NCBI GenBank assembly: GCA_963828195.1
Contig: CAWHDT010000007.1
Coordinates: 270,864 to 334,863 of the forward strand
Direction of reading: 5' to 3'
Length of the DNA stretch: 64,000 nt
Source of the DNA: Candidatus Bathyarchaeota archaeon
Lineage (GTDB): Archaea; Thermoproteota; Bathyarchaeia; Bathyarchaeales; Bathycorpusculaceae
A program made the position numbers and the translations under genes. Below the pieces are notes generated by a model. That model made no database searches, had not been told where the DNA came from, and saw only the letters and a program-made list of their open reading frames with translations. Positions 1-10,183 of the stretch are shown piece by piece (the stretch's first letter is position 1; each line of letters starts with the position of its first letter).

Positions 1-37
1 GGATTTTCGGAATCCACTTTTAAGATGAGAGTTTCTT

Positions 38-532
38 TCATTTGAGTTGCCTTTTGAGTTCAAGCACCACTGATGTTTCCACTTGCCGTGTGGGAATGCT
101 CCAATGTTGCTTTAAGAGTTTATTCTTTTCTTCAGTAGAAACCAGTTCAAACCCGTGTTTTTGATAAAACTTTATTGCCCATTTTGCTGCTTCCCAAGTG
201 CCAACATAAACCTGGGATGTTTCGGCTAAGCCGATTAAACGGTTTAGAAGCTTTTCGCCATACCCCTTCCGCTGATGACTTTTCAAAACATAGGCGTGCC
301 TGATTAAAGTAACATCGCTAACGCATTGAATCCCCATCACAGCAACCAAAACATCGTTATCTTTCAAACCGTAAAATTGAACTCCACCGTTGATTTCCTC
401 CTTAAGCTCTTGCGCTGCCATGTAAGGTTCCTTCCACCTGTCGCTTGGAATCTTGCCTTTATACACAGCAGCGGCATCATTCACAACAGCTAGTATTGCT
501 TGAAAATCGCAATTTCGCAGTTTACTAATCAT
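38..532 (-). CDS. GNAT family N-acetyltransferase
   Basis: Acetyl-CoA motif A (YVLKSHQRKGYGEKLL) and C-terminal AIKFYQKHGF; ATG at 532 is the likelier start. Confidence 0.85.
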   Translation of the reverse strand: MISKLRNCDFQAILAVVNDAAAVYKGKIPSDRWKEPYMAAQELKEEINGGVQFYGLKDNDVLVAVMGIQCVSDVTLIRHAYVLKSHQRKGYGEKLLNRLIGLAETSQVYVGTWEAAKWAIKFYQKHGFELVSTEEKNKLLKQHWSIPTRQVETSVVLELKRQLK

Positions 533-573
533 TTTGTTATCGACATTTCCATGAACCACTAAGCTTAAACATT

Positions 574-945
574 TTAGGTTGTAGTTGGCTCCTTTTGGCT
601 TTCCGGCGGAATAAGTTTTTCGATAAGGTGCATAAAGAACGCTTGCGCTTGCATTTCGTCAAGTTTGTCCAGATAAACCGAAACCAGAGCTATTTTTCCC
701 TTCTTAGAAGCCACGTACTCAGCAAACATTCTTGCAGTAATAACGTTCCTATCTCCTAAAAGCACTGATGAGCTGACTGTGCCAATAAGATCTCGGGGTT
801 TCGGAACAGCGATAGCCAAAGTTCCCAGCTTATCTTCTTTTTCGCTAAGCATCAGCATGCATGAATTTTTTGCTTCCACATAAACGGCTAAAAAACGGGT
901 ATCCTGTTCCTGTAGCTCTTCTTTTACGACTTTGGCACGTTCCAA
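574..945 (-). CDS. Proteasome assembly chaperone 4 (PAC4/PSMG4)-like protein
   Basis: LGTLAIAVP...SSSVLLG...ARMFAEYVASKKGKIALVSV pattern and 123-aa size resemble PAC4 as recalled. Confidence 0.55.
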   Translation of the reverse strand: MERAKVVKEELQEQDTRFLAVYVEAKNSCMLMLSEKEDKLGTLAIAVPKPRDLIGTVSSSVLLGDRNVITARMFAEYVASKKGKIALVSVYLDKLDEMQAQAFFMHLIEKLIPPESQKEPTTT

Positions 946-1126
946 TTTCTTTCGTCCCTTCTAACGTTGGTTAATGCTTGGACTGCTTAAAAAAGACTTC
1001 ACAAAGCAAACTTATTGATTGACTTTGCATGGCGAGTTGCAGGTTGCGCGGTTAACTTGCGGAGGACTGTTTCATCGTAAAGCATTAAGGATGGAACATA
1101 ATAACAGTCTCGTGTAAGGACAAGGC

Positions 1127-2416
1127 ATGAGCAGCTCCAAACAGGTAAAGAAGTATCTGGTTCCATCCTTACTTATAGTGATACTTGCAATTTCAATTTT
1201 AGCAGCCTACACAACATATCATAGTGGAAACCTGCCGAAAGCAAATCCTGACGTTTACATCGGAGTAGCTTTTGGAGGAAACACCACAGAAGAAGCCAAG
1301 CTGCTTATTGACAGAGTGAAAAGTTACACAAATCTCTTCGTCTTGGATGCTGGCAGAAACGCAATTAGCGAAAACGAAACAAGCGTAGAGGAAATTTGCG
1401 ATTACGCTGTCTCTCAAGGTTTAAGCGTTATAATAAACCTCGGGGTAAGTGACCCTCTTGGAAGAAACGTTTCTGACGACAGCTGGTTCTGGCAACAACC
1501 ACTAAATATTACTGAGCAATGGACACAACGTTGGGGCAGCAAATTTCTGGGCTTATACTACAATGACGAGCCAGGAGGGGTACAACTCAACGGGAACTGG
1601 ACAGCTTGGTTTTCGACTTACGGCGAGGAATACCTAAATAATAATTCTACTGCCAGCATTGACCTCAACCAGATCTACTTGAAATTGTTTGCTTACATGG
1701 ACAACGGAACGGACCCTCAAAACTACAATGTGGAAGCTGACTTTTTTGTTCAAGACATTCTTAAGGACGACCCTGGACTTTCAGCCCTGAACGCTGCTGG
1801 AGTCACTGCATACACTTCCGATTATGGCCTATACTGGTATGATTACTTGGGAGGATACAACGTTTTGTTCGCTGAGTTGGGTGGGAATACCAGTGTAGCG
1901 GGACAAATAGCCTTGGTTAAAGGAGCAGCAAGACTTCAAGATAAAGAGTGGGGAACAATGATCACTTGGGAGTATTCCTCGGCGCCTTACCTTGAAAGCG
2001 GAGACCAAATGTACGATCAAATGTTGACCTCTTATGAAGCAGGAGCGAAATACATTGTGATTTTCGATTATCCATACCTTGAGGGCAACAATTATGGTGC
2101 GTTGACTAATGATCAATTTAATGCACTTCAAAGATTCTGGAATAACATAACGCAAAAGAAATTTCCCGATTTGAGCGGTCCAGAAGCCGTATTGGTGCTG
2201 CCTGAAAATTATGGATGGGGCATACCGAATGCCAACAACACAATTTGGGGTTTCTGGCCGACTGACAACAAAACCCAGCAGATTGCTTTAGCCACAAACA
2301 AACTTTTAACCCAATATGGCGTCAGCCTCGACATAGTGTATGATGACCCAGCTTTCCCCATTTCAAATGTGGGCTACAAGTACGTTTACTACTGGAACTC
2401 GACAAACATCCCATAG
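1127..2416 (+). CDS. Membrane-anchored extracellular protein, possible glycoside-hydrolase-like TIM barrel
   Basis: N-terminal hydrophobic anchor, GLYYNDEPGG motif, many N-x-S/T sequons, aromatic-rich. Confidence 0.6.
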   Translation: MSSSKQVKKYLVPSLLIVILAISILAAYTTYHSGNLPKANPDVYIGVAFGGNTTEEAKLLIDRVKSYTNLFVLDAGRNAISENETSVEEICDYAVSQGLSVIINLGVSDPLGRNVSDDSWFWQQPLNITEQWTQRWGSKFLGLYYNDEPGGVQLNGNWTAWFSTYGEEYLNNNSTASIDLNQIYLKLFAYMDNGTDPQNYNVEADFFVQDILKDDPGLSALNAAGVTAYTSDYGLYWYDYLGGYNVLFAELGGNTSVAGQIALVKGAARLQDKEWGTMITWEYSSAPYLESGDQMYDQMLTSYEAGAKYIVIFDYPYLEGNNYGALTNDQFNALQRFWNNITQKKFPDLSGPEAVLVLPENYGWGIPNANNTIWGFWPTDNKTQQIALATNKLLTQYGVSLDIVYDDPAFPISNVGYKYVYYWNSTNIP

Positions 2417-2491
2417 GCTTCCGCGATAGTTGCCCTTGTTGGAAATCCTTAATTAATAGCTTACCGTAATGCTGATACGGAAGGATAAAAT

Positions 2492-2863
2492 TTGAGTGAT
2501 GAAATTTCAAGATTACCGCCTAACGTGCAAGAAAGGCTTCTTAGACTGCAACAACTGCAGCAAACCCTCCAGTCAATTTTAGCGCAGAAACAGCAGGTTG
2601 AAATGGAAAAAACAGAAGTTGAACAGACAGTAGCTGAACTGCAGAAAACCGCTGAAGACGCAGTTATTTACAAAGCAATCGGTTCACTGCTGGTTAAAGC
2701 GGAGAAGCCGAAAGTAACCGAAGACCTTGTTGAGCGAAAAGAACTTTTGGAAACAAGAAGCACCGTTCTGGCACGACAAGAAGAGCGCATGCGCAGCCAA
2801 ATAAAAGAAGCCCAGACAAAACTCCAAGAAGACCTAAGCCCAGTTTCTCAGCCATCATCTTAG
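2492..2863 (+). CDS. pfdB: Prefoldin beta subunit
   Basis: LPPNVQ start, coiled coils flanking the IYKAIGSLLVK hairpin. Confidence 0.95.
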   Translation: MSDEISRLPPNVQERLLRLQQLQQTLQSILAQKQQVEMEKTEVEQTVAELQKTAEDAVIYKAIGSLLVKAEKPKVTEDLVERKELLETRSTVLARQEERMRSQIKEAQTKLQEDLSPVSQPSS

Positions 2864-2865
2864 AG

Positions 2866-3162
2866 GTGAAGCTTGTGGTAGAGCTGGGGATACCAGAGCT
2901 AACCACCGAGCAAATAGAAACTTTATGTTCAACAGCGGAGAACGCCGCCAGAAAATACGTCCTTTCTAAAGTTCGCTCTAAAATGATTGATAGGCTGGAT
3001 ATTTGCGTGGAAGCCTCTGGGTCAAAACCGCTTGATGTTTCAGTGGAGATAGACCTTGATTTGTCGCCAGACGCTAAGGGCGTTAATGCTGAGACGCTGG
3101 TTAAAGAAGCCGTAGATGAAGCTCACAGAGCAAGTGAAAATTATTTGAGAAAAATAAAATGA
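2866..3162 (+). CDS. DUF3194-like archaeal protein
   Basis: IPELTTEQIETLC...AENAARKYV...LDVSVEIDL; usual neighbour of pfdB. Confidence 0.65.
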   Translation: MKLVVELGIPELTTEQIETLCSTAENAARKYVLSKVRSKMIDRLDICVEASGSKPLDVSVEIDLDLSPDAKGVNAETLVKEAVDEAHRASENYLRKIK

Positions 3163-4157
3163 ACGATTTCCAAAACTTAACTAAAATTTTAGAAGATACG
3201 AAAGCATCTTTTGTCCTTTTACTGTGCCATCGTAGTGCAGACGCTGACGCCATATGCTCAGCTTACGCGTTGCAGGGTTTGCTTAAACGGTTTTTACCTA
3301 ATGTTGTGATTGAGGTTGGGTGTCCTCAGGGCATCAACAAGCCGTCCAAGCTGCTTCTGGAGTATTTGCCTATAACTGTTAATTTGAACCCGAACATCGA
3401 ATCTGCAGACGTAATCATGCTCTTGGATATGAACACTATTGAACAGCTGGATCAAGTGGTTGAAACAATTAAAAAGTCTCCCGCCCCAAAAATCATAATT
3501 GACCATCACTCCCCGAACCCAGAAACAGCAAAAATCTGCAGTTTATGCATTGTAGATGAGACTGCAGCCGCCAACTGTGAAATAATCCATAGACTTTTTA
3601 TACAATCTAAAACCAAGCCCAGCTTGAACGAGGCTAAGGCTTTGTTTGTCGGCATTGCCTTTGACACACGACATTTCGCGTTGGCAAGTGCTTCTACTAT
3701 TCAAATCGTCGCTAAATTGGTGACTCAGGGGATAGATGTGCAGCAAACATTGGCGCAGTTTGCTCTGCCGATAGACACGTCTGAACGCTTAGCTAAGCTG
3801 AAGGCTTGCAAAAGAGCTAAAATCGTCAAGGTCAACGGTTGGATAATTGCTCTCTCTCATGTCAGCGCTTACCAAGCTCCAGCAGCTAAAGCTCTGGTTG
3901 ATTTAGGAGCCCACATGTCGGCTGTTGCGGGAGAGAAAAACGGGAAAATAGAGATAAGTCTGCGTTGTACTCGCCAGTTCACTGAGCAGGCAGGCGTCAA
4001 TTTGGGAACAGATATTGCGGCGCCTTTAGGCGAGTATTTGCATGGAGTTGGCGGTGGTCACGCTATGGCGTCTGGGGTAAGCGGCGCTGGCGAGATAGAG
4101 CCGGTGCTTAAGCAGTGTCTGCTGCTGCTGAGGCAGAAGATAATCAAAAATGTGTAG
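3159..4157 (+). CDS. DHH/DHHA1 family phosphoesterase (NrnA-like)
   Basis: HRSADADA, IIDHH, FDT and GGGH motifs. Confidence 0.9.
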   Translation: MNDFQNLTKILEDTKASFVLLLCHRSADADAICSAYALQGLLKRFLPNVVIEVGCPQGINKPSKLLLEYLPITVNLNPNIESADVIMLLDMNTIEQLDQVVETIKKSPAPKIIIDHHSPNPETAKICSLCIVDETAAANCEIIHRLFIQSKTKPSLNEAKALFVGIAFDTRHFALASASTIQIVAKLVTQGIDVQQTLAQFALPIDTSERLAKLKACKRAKIVKVNGWIIALSHVSAYQAPAAKALVDLGAHMSAVAGEKNGKIEISLRCTRQFTEQAGVNLGTDIAAPLGEYLHGVGGGHAMASGVSGAGEIEPVLKQCLLLLRQKIIKNV

Positions 4158-4205
4158 CTACGCTTAAATGAGCAAACCTCACGCTTAAGTTAGCAGGCAC
4201 AAAAA

Positions 4206-5057
4206 ATGGCTATAATTGAAACAAAAAACCTAACCTACACTTATCCCGGCGCATCTAAACCCTCAATCATTGATGTGTCGTTTAAAGTGGAGAAAGGCGA
4301 GTTTGTTTTAATTACAGGACCAAGCGGCTGCGGAAAAACAACTTTGTGCCGATGCTTCAACGGTTTGATACCTCACTTCTACCAAGGGGAACTGAAAGGC
4401 GAAATTTCAGTTGCAGGCGAAGACACCCTTAAACATCACACCTACGAAATGGCAAAACACGTAGGCTTAGTGTTCCAGAACCCCGAAAACCAGCTTTTCG
4501 CCCTATCCGTCGAGAAAGACGTGGCATTCGGGCTCGAAAACCTCGGAACACCGCGGGAAGAAATGAGAAAAAAAGTTGATTGGGCGCTAAACCAAACAGG
4601 CATTTATGACTTGCGTGAGCGTTCGCCTCATGAGATTTCAGGGGGGCAGCAGCAGCGCGTGGCGATAGCGTCTGTTCTCGCGATGGAGCCTGAAATTATT
4701 GTTTTAGATGAGCCAACATCTTTCCTTGACCCCTTGAGCGCTGAGAAAATTTTTGAGGTAATTTATGAATTAAACAAGAAGCAGGGAATAACCGTCGTTC
4801 TTGTGGAGCACAGATTGGATTTAACCGCAAAATACGCGGATCATCTGATCGTTATGGATGAAGGAAAAGTCCGTTACGAAGGAAACCCAAGGGAAATTCT
4901 CAACTCCGAAGAAACCCGTTTAATCGGTGTCGGAATCCCCAAAGCCACGTTACTGTATCAGATGCTAAGAAAGGACGGCTTAAACCTCGGCGGCAACACA
5001 CCGCTCTCTTCCGAAGAGTTAGCTGACCAACTGTTGGAGACGTTGAAAACCAAATGA
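4206..5057 (+). CDS. ecfA1: ECF transporter ATPase A1
   Basis: Walker A GPSGCGKT, FQNPENQL, ISGGQQQR, LDEPT. Confidence 0.9.
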   Translation: MAIIETKNLTYTYPGASKPSIIDVSFKVEKGEFVLITGPSGCGKTTLCRCFNGLIPHFYQGELKGEISVAGEDTLKHHTYEMAKHVGLVFQNPENQLFALSVEKDVAFGLENLGTPREEMRKKVDWALNQTGIYDLRERSPHEISGGQQQRVAIASVLAMEPEIIVLDEPTSFLDPLSAEKIFEVIYELNKKQGITVVLVEHRLDLTAKYADHLIVMDEGKVRYEGNPREILNSEETRLIGVGIPKATLLYQMLRKDGLNLGGNTPLSSEELADQLLETLKTK

Positions 5058-5881
5058 TCGTGGCTGAAAACTTGCATTTCTCGTATCCTAACAGAGTCGA
5101 GGCTTTGAAAGGGGTTTCTTTAACGATAAAGGACGGCGAATTCGTCGCGATCATGGGGCAAAACGGCGCTGGAAAATCAACGTTTGTCAAGCATTTCAAC
5201 GGGCTCCTAAAACCCACAGCGGGAAAAGTCTGTGTGGACGGCGTTGAAACCACTAAAACAAGCGTTGCGGCTTTATCTAGAAACGTAGGTTTTGTTTTCC
5301 AAAATCCAGACCATCAACTGTTCAGCGAAACGGTAGAAGAGGAAATCGCGTTTGCCCTCAGAAACTTCGGGTTCGAACCAGAAGTCGTGGAGAAGCGGGT
5401 AACATGGGCTTTGAATCTTCTGGCGTTAACCCAGTACCGCAAAACGTCTCCTTTCCTTCTAAGCGGTGGCGAACGGAAGCGGGTTGCGTTGGCTTCCGTT
5501 TTGGCTTGGGATCCAAAGGCTTTGATTTTGGATGAACCCACCATCGGGCAGGACCACGAGCAAAAAGAGATTCTGCGCCAGTTCATAATGCAGATGCAAA
5601 CTCAAGGAAAAACCGTCGTGATAGTCACGCATGATGTGGAGTTTGTGGCTGAATGCAATCCCCGCGTTGTTTTGATGAAGGAGGGAAAAATCGTTGCAGA
5701 AGGCGACGGAAAAGACATCTTGACAAACCCAGAGGTTTTAGCTGAATCCTCGATCGTTCTGCCGCAGATAGCTCAAATCTTCATGAGGCTGTCGCAGTTA
5801 GGGTTCCCGAAGAACATCATTGATATTTACGAAGCTGAAAAAACAATTTTGAACGTCAAGGAGACTAAAACGGCGAAATGA
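5054..5881 (+). CDS. ecfA2: ECF transporter ATPase A2
   Basis: GQNGAGKS, FQNPDHQL, LSGGERKR, LDEPT. Confidence 0.9.
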   Translation: MIVAENLHFSYPNRVEALKGVSLTIKDGEFVAIMGQNGAGKSTFVKHFNGLLKPTAGKVCVDGVETTKTSVAALSRNVGFVFQNPDHQLFSETVEEEIAFALRNFGFEPEVVEKRVTWALNLLALTQYRKTSPFLLSGGERKRVALASVLAWDPKALILDEPTIGQDHEQKEILRQFIMQMQTQGKTVVIVTHDVEFVAECNPRVVLMKEGKIVAEGDGKDILTNPEVLAESSIVLPQIAQIFMRLSQLGFPKNIIDIYEAEKTILNVKETKTAK

Positions 5882-6666
5882 GTGTTTTTGACGGCTTAAA
5901 GTTCAGAAAGGTTTCCTCGCCAATCCACAATTTGGATCCAAGGGTAAAATTCGCCTACGTCATCTCCATCTTTGTAGTCGCCATCCTTTTCTACCAGATC
6001 ATTCCGCTGCTTATTCTGTTTCTTCTGCAGATTCCCTTTGTGCTGTTGGCTCGTGTGCAGAGGCAGTGGCTGCGTTCGCTTCGAGGAGCCGCTTTTTTGG
6101 CAGCGGTCATCTTTGTAGTTAACGTCGGCACGGATTATTTTACTTCGGGCTACAGGTTAACTGCTCCTAACATCGAGGGCGCTGTCGGTTTGACTTTGCG
6201 TTTTGTGGTGCTTGTTGAGTCTTTCTCAGTGTTCTTTTTGACGACTTCGCCTGACCACCTGGGGTTAGCGTTGGAGGAATCGCATGTGCCATACGAGTTC
6301 GCTTTCGCCTTCACCACCGCAGTGCGTTTCGTTCCTGTTCTGGCGGAGGAAGCCCAAACAATAATGGATGCGCAGAAAGCCAGAGGATTAGAGCTGGAAA
6401 AAGGCGGTTTCCTAAAGAAAATCAGAAATTACGTCCCCGTGCTTATACCACTCATTGTTAGCGCCATCCGAAGAAGCCTAGAGCTGGCTGAGGCAATGGA
6501 GTCACGGGCTTGGGGAGCCACAAAAAAACGCACCAACCTGTACGCTCTAAAACTACACAAAGGAGACTACGCTCTTATTGCAATCACTGTCGGAATCATA
6601 GTCATATCCGTTTATGTCCGCTTGTATGTGCCGATTCCAACAATAGTTCACCTGCTGCAACATTAA
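5878..6666 (+). CDS. ecfT: ECF transporter transmembrane component T
   Basis: LDPRVK, AQKARG and AMESRA motifs; multiple TM helices. Confidence 0.9.
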   Translation: MSVFDGLKFRKVSSPIHNLDPRVKFAYVISIFVVAILFYQIIPLLILFLLQIPFVLLARVQRQWLRSLRGAAFLAAVIFVVNVGTDYFTSGYRLTAPNIEGAVGLTLRFVVLVESFSVFFLTTSPDHLGLALEESHVPYEFAFAFTTAVRFVPVLAEEAQTIMDAQKARGLELEKGGFLKKIRNYVPVLIPLIVSAIRRSLELAEAMESRAWGATKKRTNLYALKLHKGDYALIAITVGIIVISVYVRLYVPIPTIVHLLQH

Positions 6667-6882
6667 AGTCACTGTTTATGCTGCCGGAACGCAGAGTACA
6701 AATTAGGTTTTTGGCGCGGTAGCACTTTTTGACTGGCTTTTTTACCAATTTCAAATTTTGAAAGAACAACAACACCCGGAAAACAACTGTTGTTCTTCTC
6801 GGCGATCAATATTTTTAAAAGAAGAAGAAGCTGATGAAAACAATTTTTCTTCTTCTTCTTCTGCAGGCCATATTTAATGCAT

Positions 6883-7003
6883 TTTTTTGGAGTAAATACT
6901 AGACCCCTCATAGGGTAGGTCTATAGGTAGGGGTGTTTGGGTGTCCGCTACAGTCTATCCTCCGGTCTGCTAGATGCGTCTATTAGATGCCAAACATGAT
7001 TCA
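6883..7003 (+). repeat. Bipartite intergenic repeat, copy 1
   Basis: 6883-6909 matches the reverse complement of 39292-39318 at 26/27; 6964-7003 matches the reverse complement of 39138-39177 at 34/40. Confidence 0.85.
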
Positions 7004-7203
7004 ACATGGCGCTGCATCGAATAGGAGCCGCGCACTTTCAACATGAAACGGCGCTTTTTGTCTGCAGAACCCCTTATTTTTGATTGTCTATTCGGTGCTG
7101 AAACACTGAAAGTCAAAGACGGCACAACCTCTTTTACAATGCTTTCATTTGTAATGGCAATATATTTTAATGTTGACCATAGATAATCAACTAATGTGGA
7201 TGA

Positions 7204-7440
7204 GTGAGTTGCATGGAAGAAGTTTCGGATAGAATTGTCATAGACTGTGAAATTCTAGCTGGGAAACCAGTGATTAAGGGGACGCGTATTCCAGTTTACC
7301 TCATCATTGAACTTCTTGGCAACGGTTTATCTGAAATTGAAGTGCTTAGGCAATACCCGACGCTTAAAAGGGAGGATATCAAAGCAGCACTTCTTTACGC
7401 TTCGAAGTGCGTTGAGAACGAAGAAACAATTACCCTCTAA
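7204..7440 (+). CDS. DUF433 family antitoxin
   Basis: ILAGKPVIKGTRIPV...YPTLKREDIKAALLYA signature. Confidence 0.9.
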   Translation: MSCMEEVSDRIVIDCEILAGKPVIKGTRIPVYLIIELLGNGLSEIEVLRQYPTLKREDIKAALLYASKCVENEETITL

Positions 7441-7457
7441 AAGAGCCTGCTTAACGC

Positions 7458-7814
7458 TTGCCTCGAATAATAATTGATGAGAACATCCCAAGAGACGCCA
7501 AAGAATGGCTCACAAAAAAAGGCTTTGATACAATAGGCGTTTCTCAAACTCATCTTAAAAGCGCCAAAGACTATTTCATAGCACAATACGCCGCACAAAA
7601 CGACCTGACACTCCTCACTCTGGACAAAAACTTCTCTCAAATCTACCGCACTTTTAAAAAAGACCAAATAACCATTATAATCATAAAAGCAAGCCCAGCT
7701 ACCCCCAGCAACATCATAGAAGCCCTAAATGCCGCCCAACAAAAAATAAATCTGAAAGAAGCAAAAAACAAGTTAATCATTATCAGTAAAAAGAAAATCA
7801 GAATAATTAGTTAA
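7458..7814 (+). CDS. DUF5615 (Mut7-C/VapC45-like PIN) toxin
   Basis: IIIDENIP...D...LLTLDKNF; directly downstream of DUF433. Confidence 0.85.
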   Translation: MPRIIIDENIPRDAKEWLTKKGFDTIGVSQTHLKSAKDYFIAQYAAQNDLTLLTLDKNFSQIYRTFKKDQITIIIIKASPATPSNIIEALNAAQQKINLKEAKNKLIIISKKKIRIIS

Positions 7815-7866
7815 CCTAAGGATGAATCCTTAATAGCAAACCAACTTGAAGACAAGGCAAAAATTG

Positions 7867-8739
7867 ATGGCTGAGCACACGCGTTTTGGTCCAGCAGGGG
7901 TTCCGCCGATGTTCAGGCTTATGGGAGCAGACTTGCCCGATGTCCCTCGGCTGCTGCGTGAGGAAGGCTTGGATGCCTTGGAGTACGAGGCAGTCCGTTG
8001 GGGTCCAAAGCCGCAGATCAGGCAGGAACTTGCGGAAAAGCTCGGTGCGGCGGCGAGGGAAAATGATGTACGCCTCAGCCTTCATGGATCTTACTTCATT
8101 AACCTGTCAGGCAAAAAAGACGTCGTAGAAGCAAGCAAACGGCGTCTAATTGCGTCAGCCACCGCGGCGGACTGGATGGGAGCCTACGTCATGGTGTTCC
8201 ACACGGGGTTTTACGGGCGCTTGGACAAAGAGTTTGCCTTCAAAACCTGTCTAAACGCCTTAAAAGAAGTTAACGCGGAAATGAGGAGCCTGGGGCTCAA
8301 AGTGAAGCTTGGACCCGAAACGATGGGAAGAAAATTTCAGGTCGGCAGCCTCGACGAGATACTAACGCTTAACCAAGAAATCGAAGACACCCAGCTGGTC
8401 GTTGACTGGGCACACCTCTACGCCCTGCATCAAGGAGCCTTAAAGAAAACCGAAGACTTCAGGGCAATCGCCGAAAAAATCGAGCAGAGACTCGGCACAG
8501 AAGCAATGCGAAGCATGCACTGTCACTTCTCAAAAATCGAGTTCAACGCCCAAGGCGAAAAAAAACACCACCCCCTCGACGAAGAAAAATATGGACCAGA
8601 CTTCCGCATGCTATCCGAAGTCATCGCAGACTTCCAAATGCATCCCACTATGATATGCGAATCCCCGCTTTTAGATGTTGACGCAAGAAAAATGAAAGAA
8701 ATACTGCAAGAGATTCTTGGGAAAAACAATAAAGGCTGA
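7867..8739 (+). CDS. nfo: Archaeal endonuclease IV / xylose-isomerase-like TIM barrel
   Basis: RFGPAG, SLHGSYFINL, VFHTGFY, PETMG, DWAH, HCHFS, ICESP. Confidence 0.8.
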   Translation: MAEHTRFGPAGVPPMFRLMGADLPDVPRLLREEGLDALEYEAVRWGPKPQIRQELAEKLGAAARENDVRLSLHGSYFINLSGKKDVVEASKRRLIASATAADWMGAYVMVFHTGFYGRLDKEFAFKTCLNALKEVNAEMRSLGLKVKLGPETMGRKFQVGSLDEILTLNQEIEDTQLVVDWAHLYALHQGALKKTEDFRAIAEKIEQRLGTEAMRSMHCHFSKIEFNAQGEKKHHPLDEEKYGPDFRMLSEVIADFQMHPTMICESPLLDVDARKMKEILQEILGKNNKG

Positions 8740-8812
8740 AAAAGCTTTAGGGCTGTCTTGATAAAATTTTTAGTCAAAAAACCTAAAATCCTTCATAATT
8801 TATGCTATTGCC

Positions 8813-9550
8813 ATGGTTGCAGGAATTAATTCGCTACATCGCATATTGAAGGACGAGACAAGAAGAAAAATTATATCGGTGCTAAACGAAAAAGGTAGTT
8901 TAAGTTACACCGATTTAATGAGTAATTTAGGCATCCCCAATACTGGAAAATTAAATTACCACTTGAAAGTTCTTAACGGTCTGTTAATGAAAACAGAAGA
9001 TGGAAAATATGTTTTAACCGAGAAAGGTTTTCTTGCGTCGCGTTTACTTCAGGAGTTTGATGAAAAGAAAAGCGAGTCTGAAATTGAAGCTTCTTTCCCA
9101 AAGGCATTTTACATCGTGGCATTTTTGTTTGCCGCGGTTTTCATTATCACATCGTTCGCGTCTTATATTACAGGTACGATCGATTTCAACCTGTTTCTTA
9201 TGTATATCGTAATAGCAATTGTAGGAGTCATTTTTGTTTTTGTCGCTGAAAAAGCACGGGTTAAAAGAGCAGCTTGGATGCCTAAGCGTCAGATGCTTGG
9301 AGCGGAAATTACTTTCATTACAGTCGGCGCTTTGGCTGGGGCAATTGCTTGTTTCTTTGGCGTCGGTTTACTTTTGGTAGGTATAAATGGCGCCGGCGTT
9401 CCTGTTAGACTGGTGGGCTTTATTACTTTTAACACGTTTATTGCTATCAGCTTCAGTTTGGGTGCAATAGTAGGCGCATTATTGGGGTACTGGTTTTACA
9501 AGAAAAGCAAATATTCCAAAATCAGGTATTATGACCCATTCGCAGAATAA
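8813..9550 (+). CDS. ArsR-type winged HTH regulator with C-terminal TM helices
   Basis: LKDETRRKII...GKLNYHLKVL...YVLTEKG followed by about 4 hydrophobic segments. Confidence 0.75.
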   Translation: MVAGINSLHRILKDETRRKIISVLNEKGSLSYTDLMSNLGIPNTGKLNYHLKVLNGLLMKTEDGKYVLTEKGFLASRLLQEFDEKKSESEIEASFPKAFYIVAFLFAAVFIITSFASYITGTIDFNLFLMYIVIAIVGVIFVFVAEKARVKRAAWMPKRQMLGAEITFITVGALAGAIACFFGVGLLLVGINGAGVPVRLVGFITFNTFIAISFSLGAIVGALLGYWFYKKSKYSKIRYYDPFAE

Positions 9551-9565
9551 GGAAGCCTGCTCTAG

Positions 9566-10183
9566 CTATTTTTTGTTTTGTTGAACTATTAAGCGTTCAG
9601 CTAGTTGTAGTTCCTGTATTGTGTTGATGTTCACGGCTAATTCCTCGACGTCGAGTAGGTAGATGTCTTGGTCGAGCCATTCGTCCCCGTAACGTTTGTG
9701 CCCATCTATAACGTTGATGCCTACGGGAACCACGTCTTCTTCATACAGTTTAAACGAGTACTCAACGCACATGCCGAGTTTGGTTTTGGTTTTAAGGGGA
9801 ACAGCTACGGTTAAAGCGGGTTTGCCGCAGCGCTCGTACCGCTCAACGATAGAGTCCACCGCTTGAGCTGTCACGAGCGGAAGGTCTGCTGCGATAGCCA
9901 AGAAAACACCGAGTTTCAGGGTTTGCGCTGCGTAGCCCATGTCGGAAACATAATCTTTCCCAGGCGTTTCAACCACTTTCACTGGGAACTGGCTGAGGAA
10001 CTTTGCGGTTTTGGGTGTGCAGTTGCTGACCGCTACAACGATGGAATCGATTTTCTTGGCGTTCTTTAGCGCTTCAAGCACGTATTCGATAACGGGTTTG
10101 CCGCAGACTTTAATCAGCGGCTTCTCCTCCGCGAGTCGCATGCGTGTTCCTTTTCCGCCAGCCATGACAAGTGCCGTTACCGT
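9566..10183 (-). CDS. cobY: Adenosylcobinamide-phosphate guanylyltransferase CobY, copy 1 (apparent ACG start)
   Basis: ALVMAGGKGTRM...EKPL...ADLP...NINT; directly after cobS. The 5' extension in the ORF track overlaps cobS and is probably spurious. Confidence 0.85.
   Translation of the reverse strand, partial: TVTALVMAGGKGTRMRLAEEKPLIKVCGKPVIEYVLEALKNAKKIDSIVVAVSNCTPKTAKFLSQFPVKVVETPGKDYVSDMGYAAQTLKLGVFLAIAADLPLVTAQAVDSIVERYERCGKPALTVAVPLKTKTKLGMCVEYSFKLYEEDVVPVGINVIDGHKRYGDEWLDQDIYLLDVEELAVNINTIQELQLAERLIVQQNKK

Noticed and set aside
4206-6666. ECF module as the cobalamin/cobalt importer of the island
   Set aside because: No S component is present and it is co-oriented with housekeeping genes, so the substrate cannot be assigned
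6669-6911. 80-aa ORF with a poly-Lys stretch
   Set aside because: It derives from low-complexity TTC repeats and overlaps the non-coding repeat
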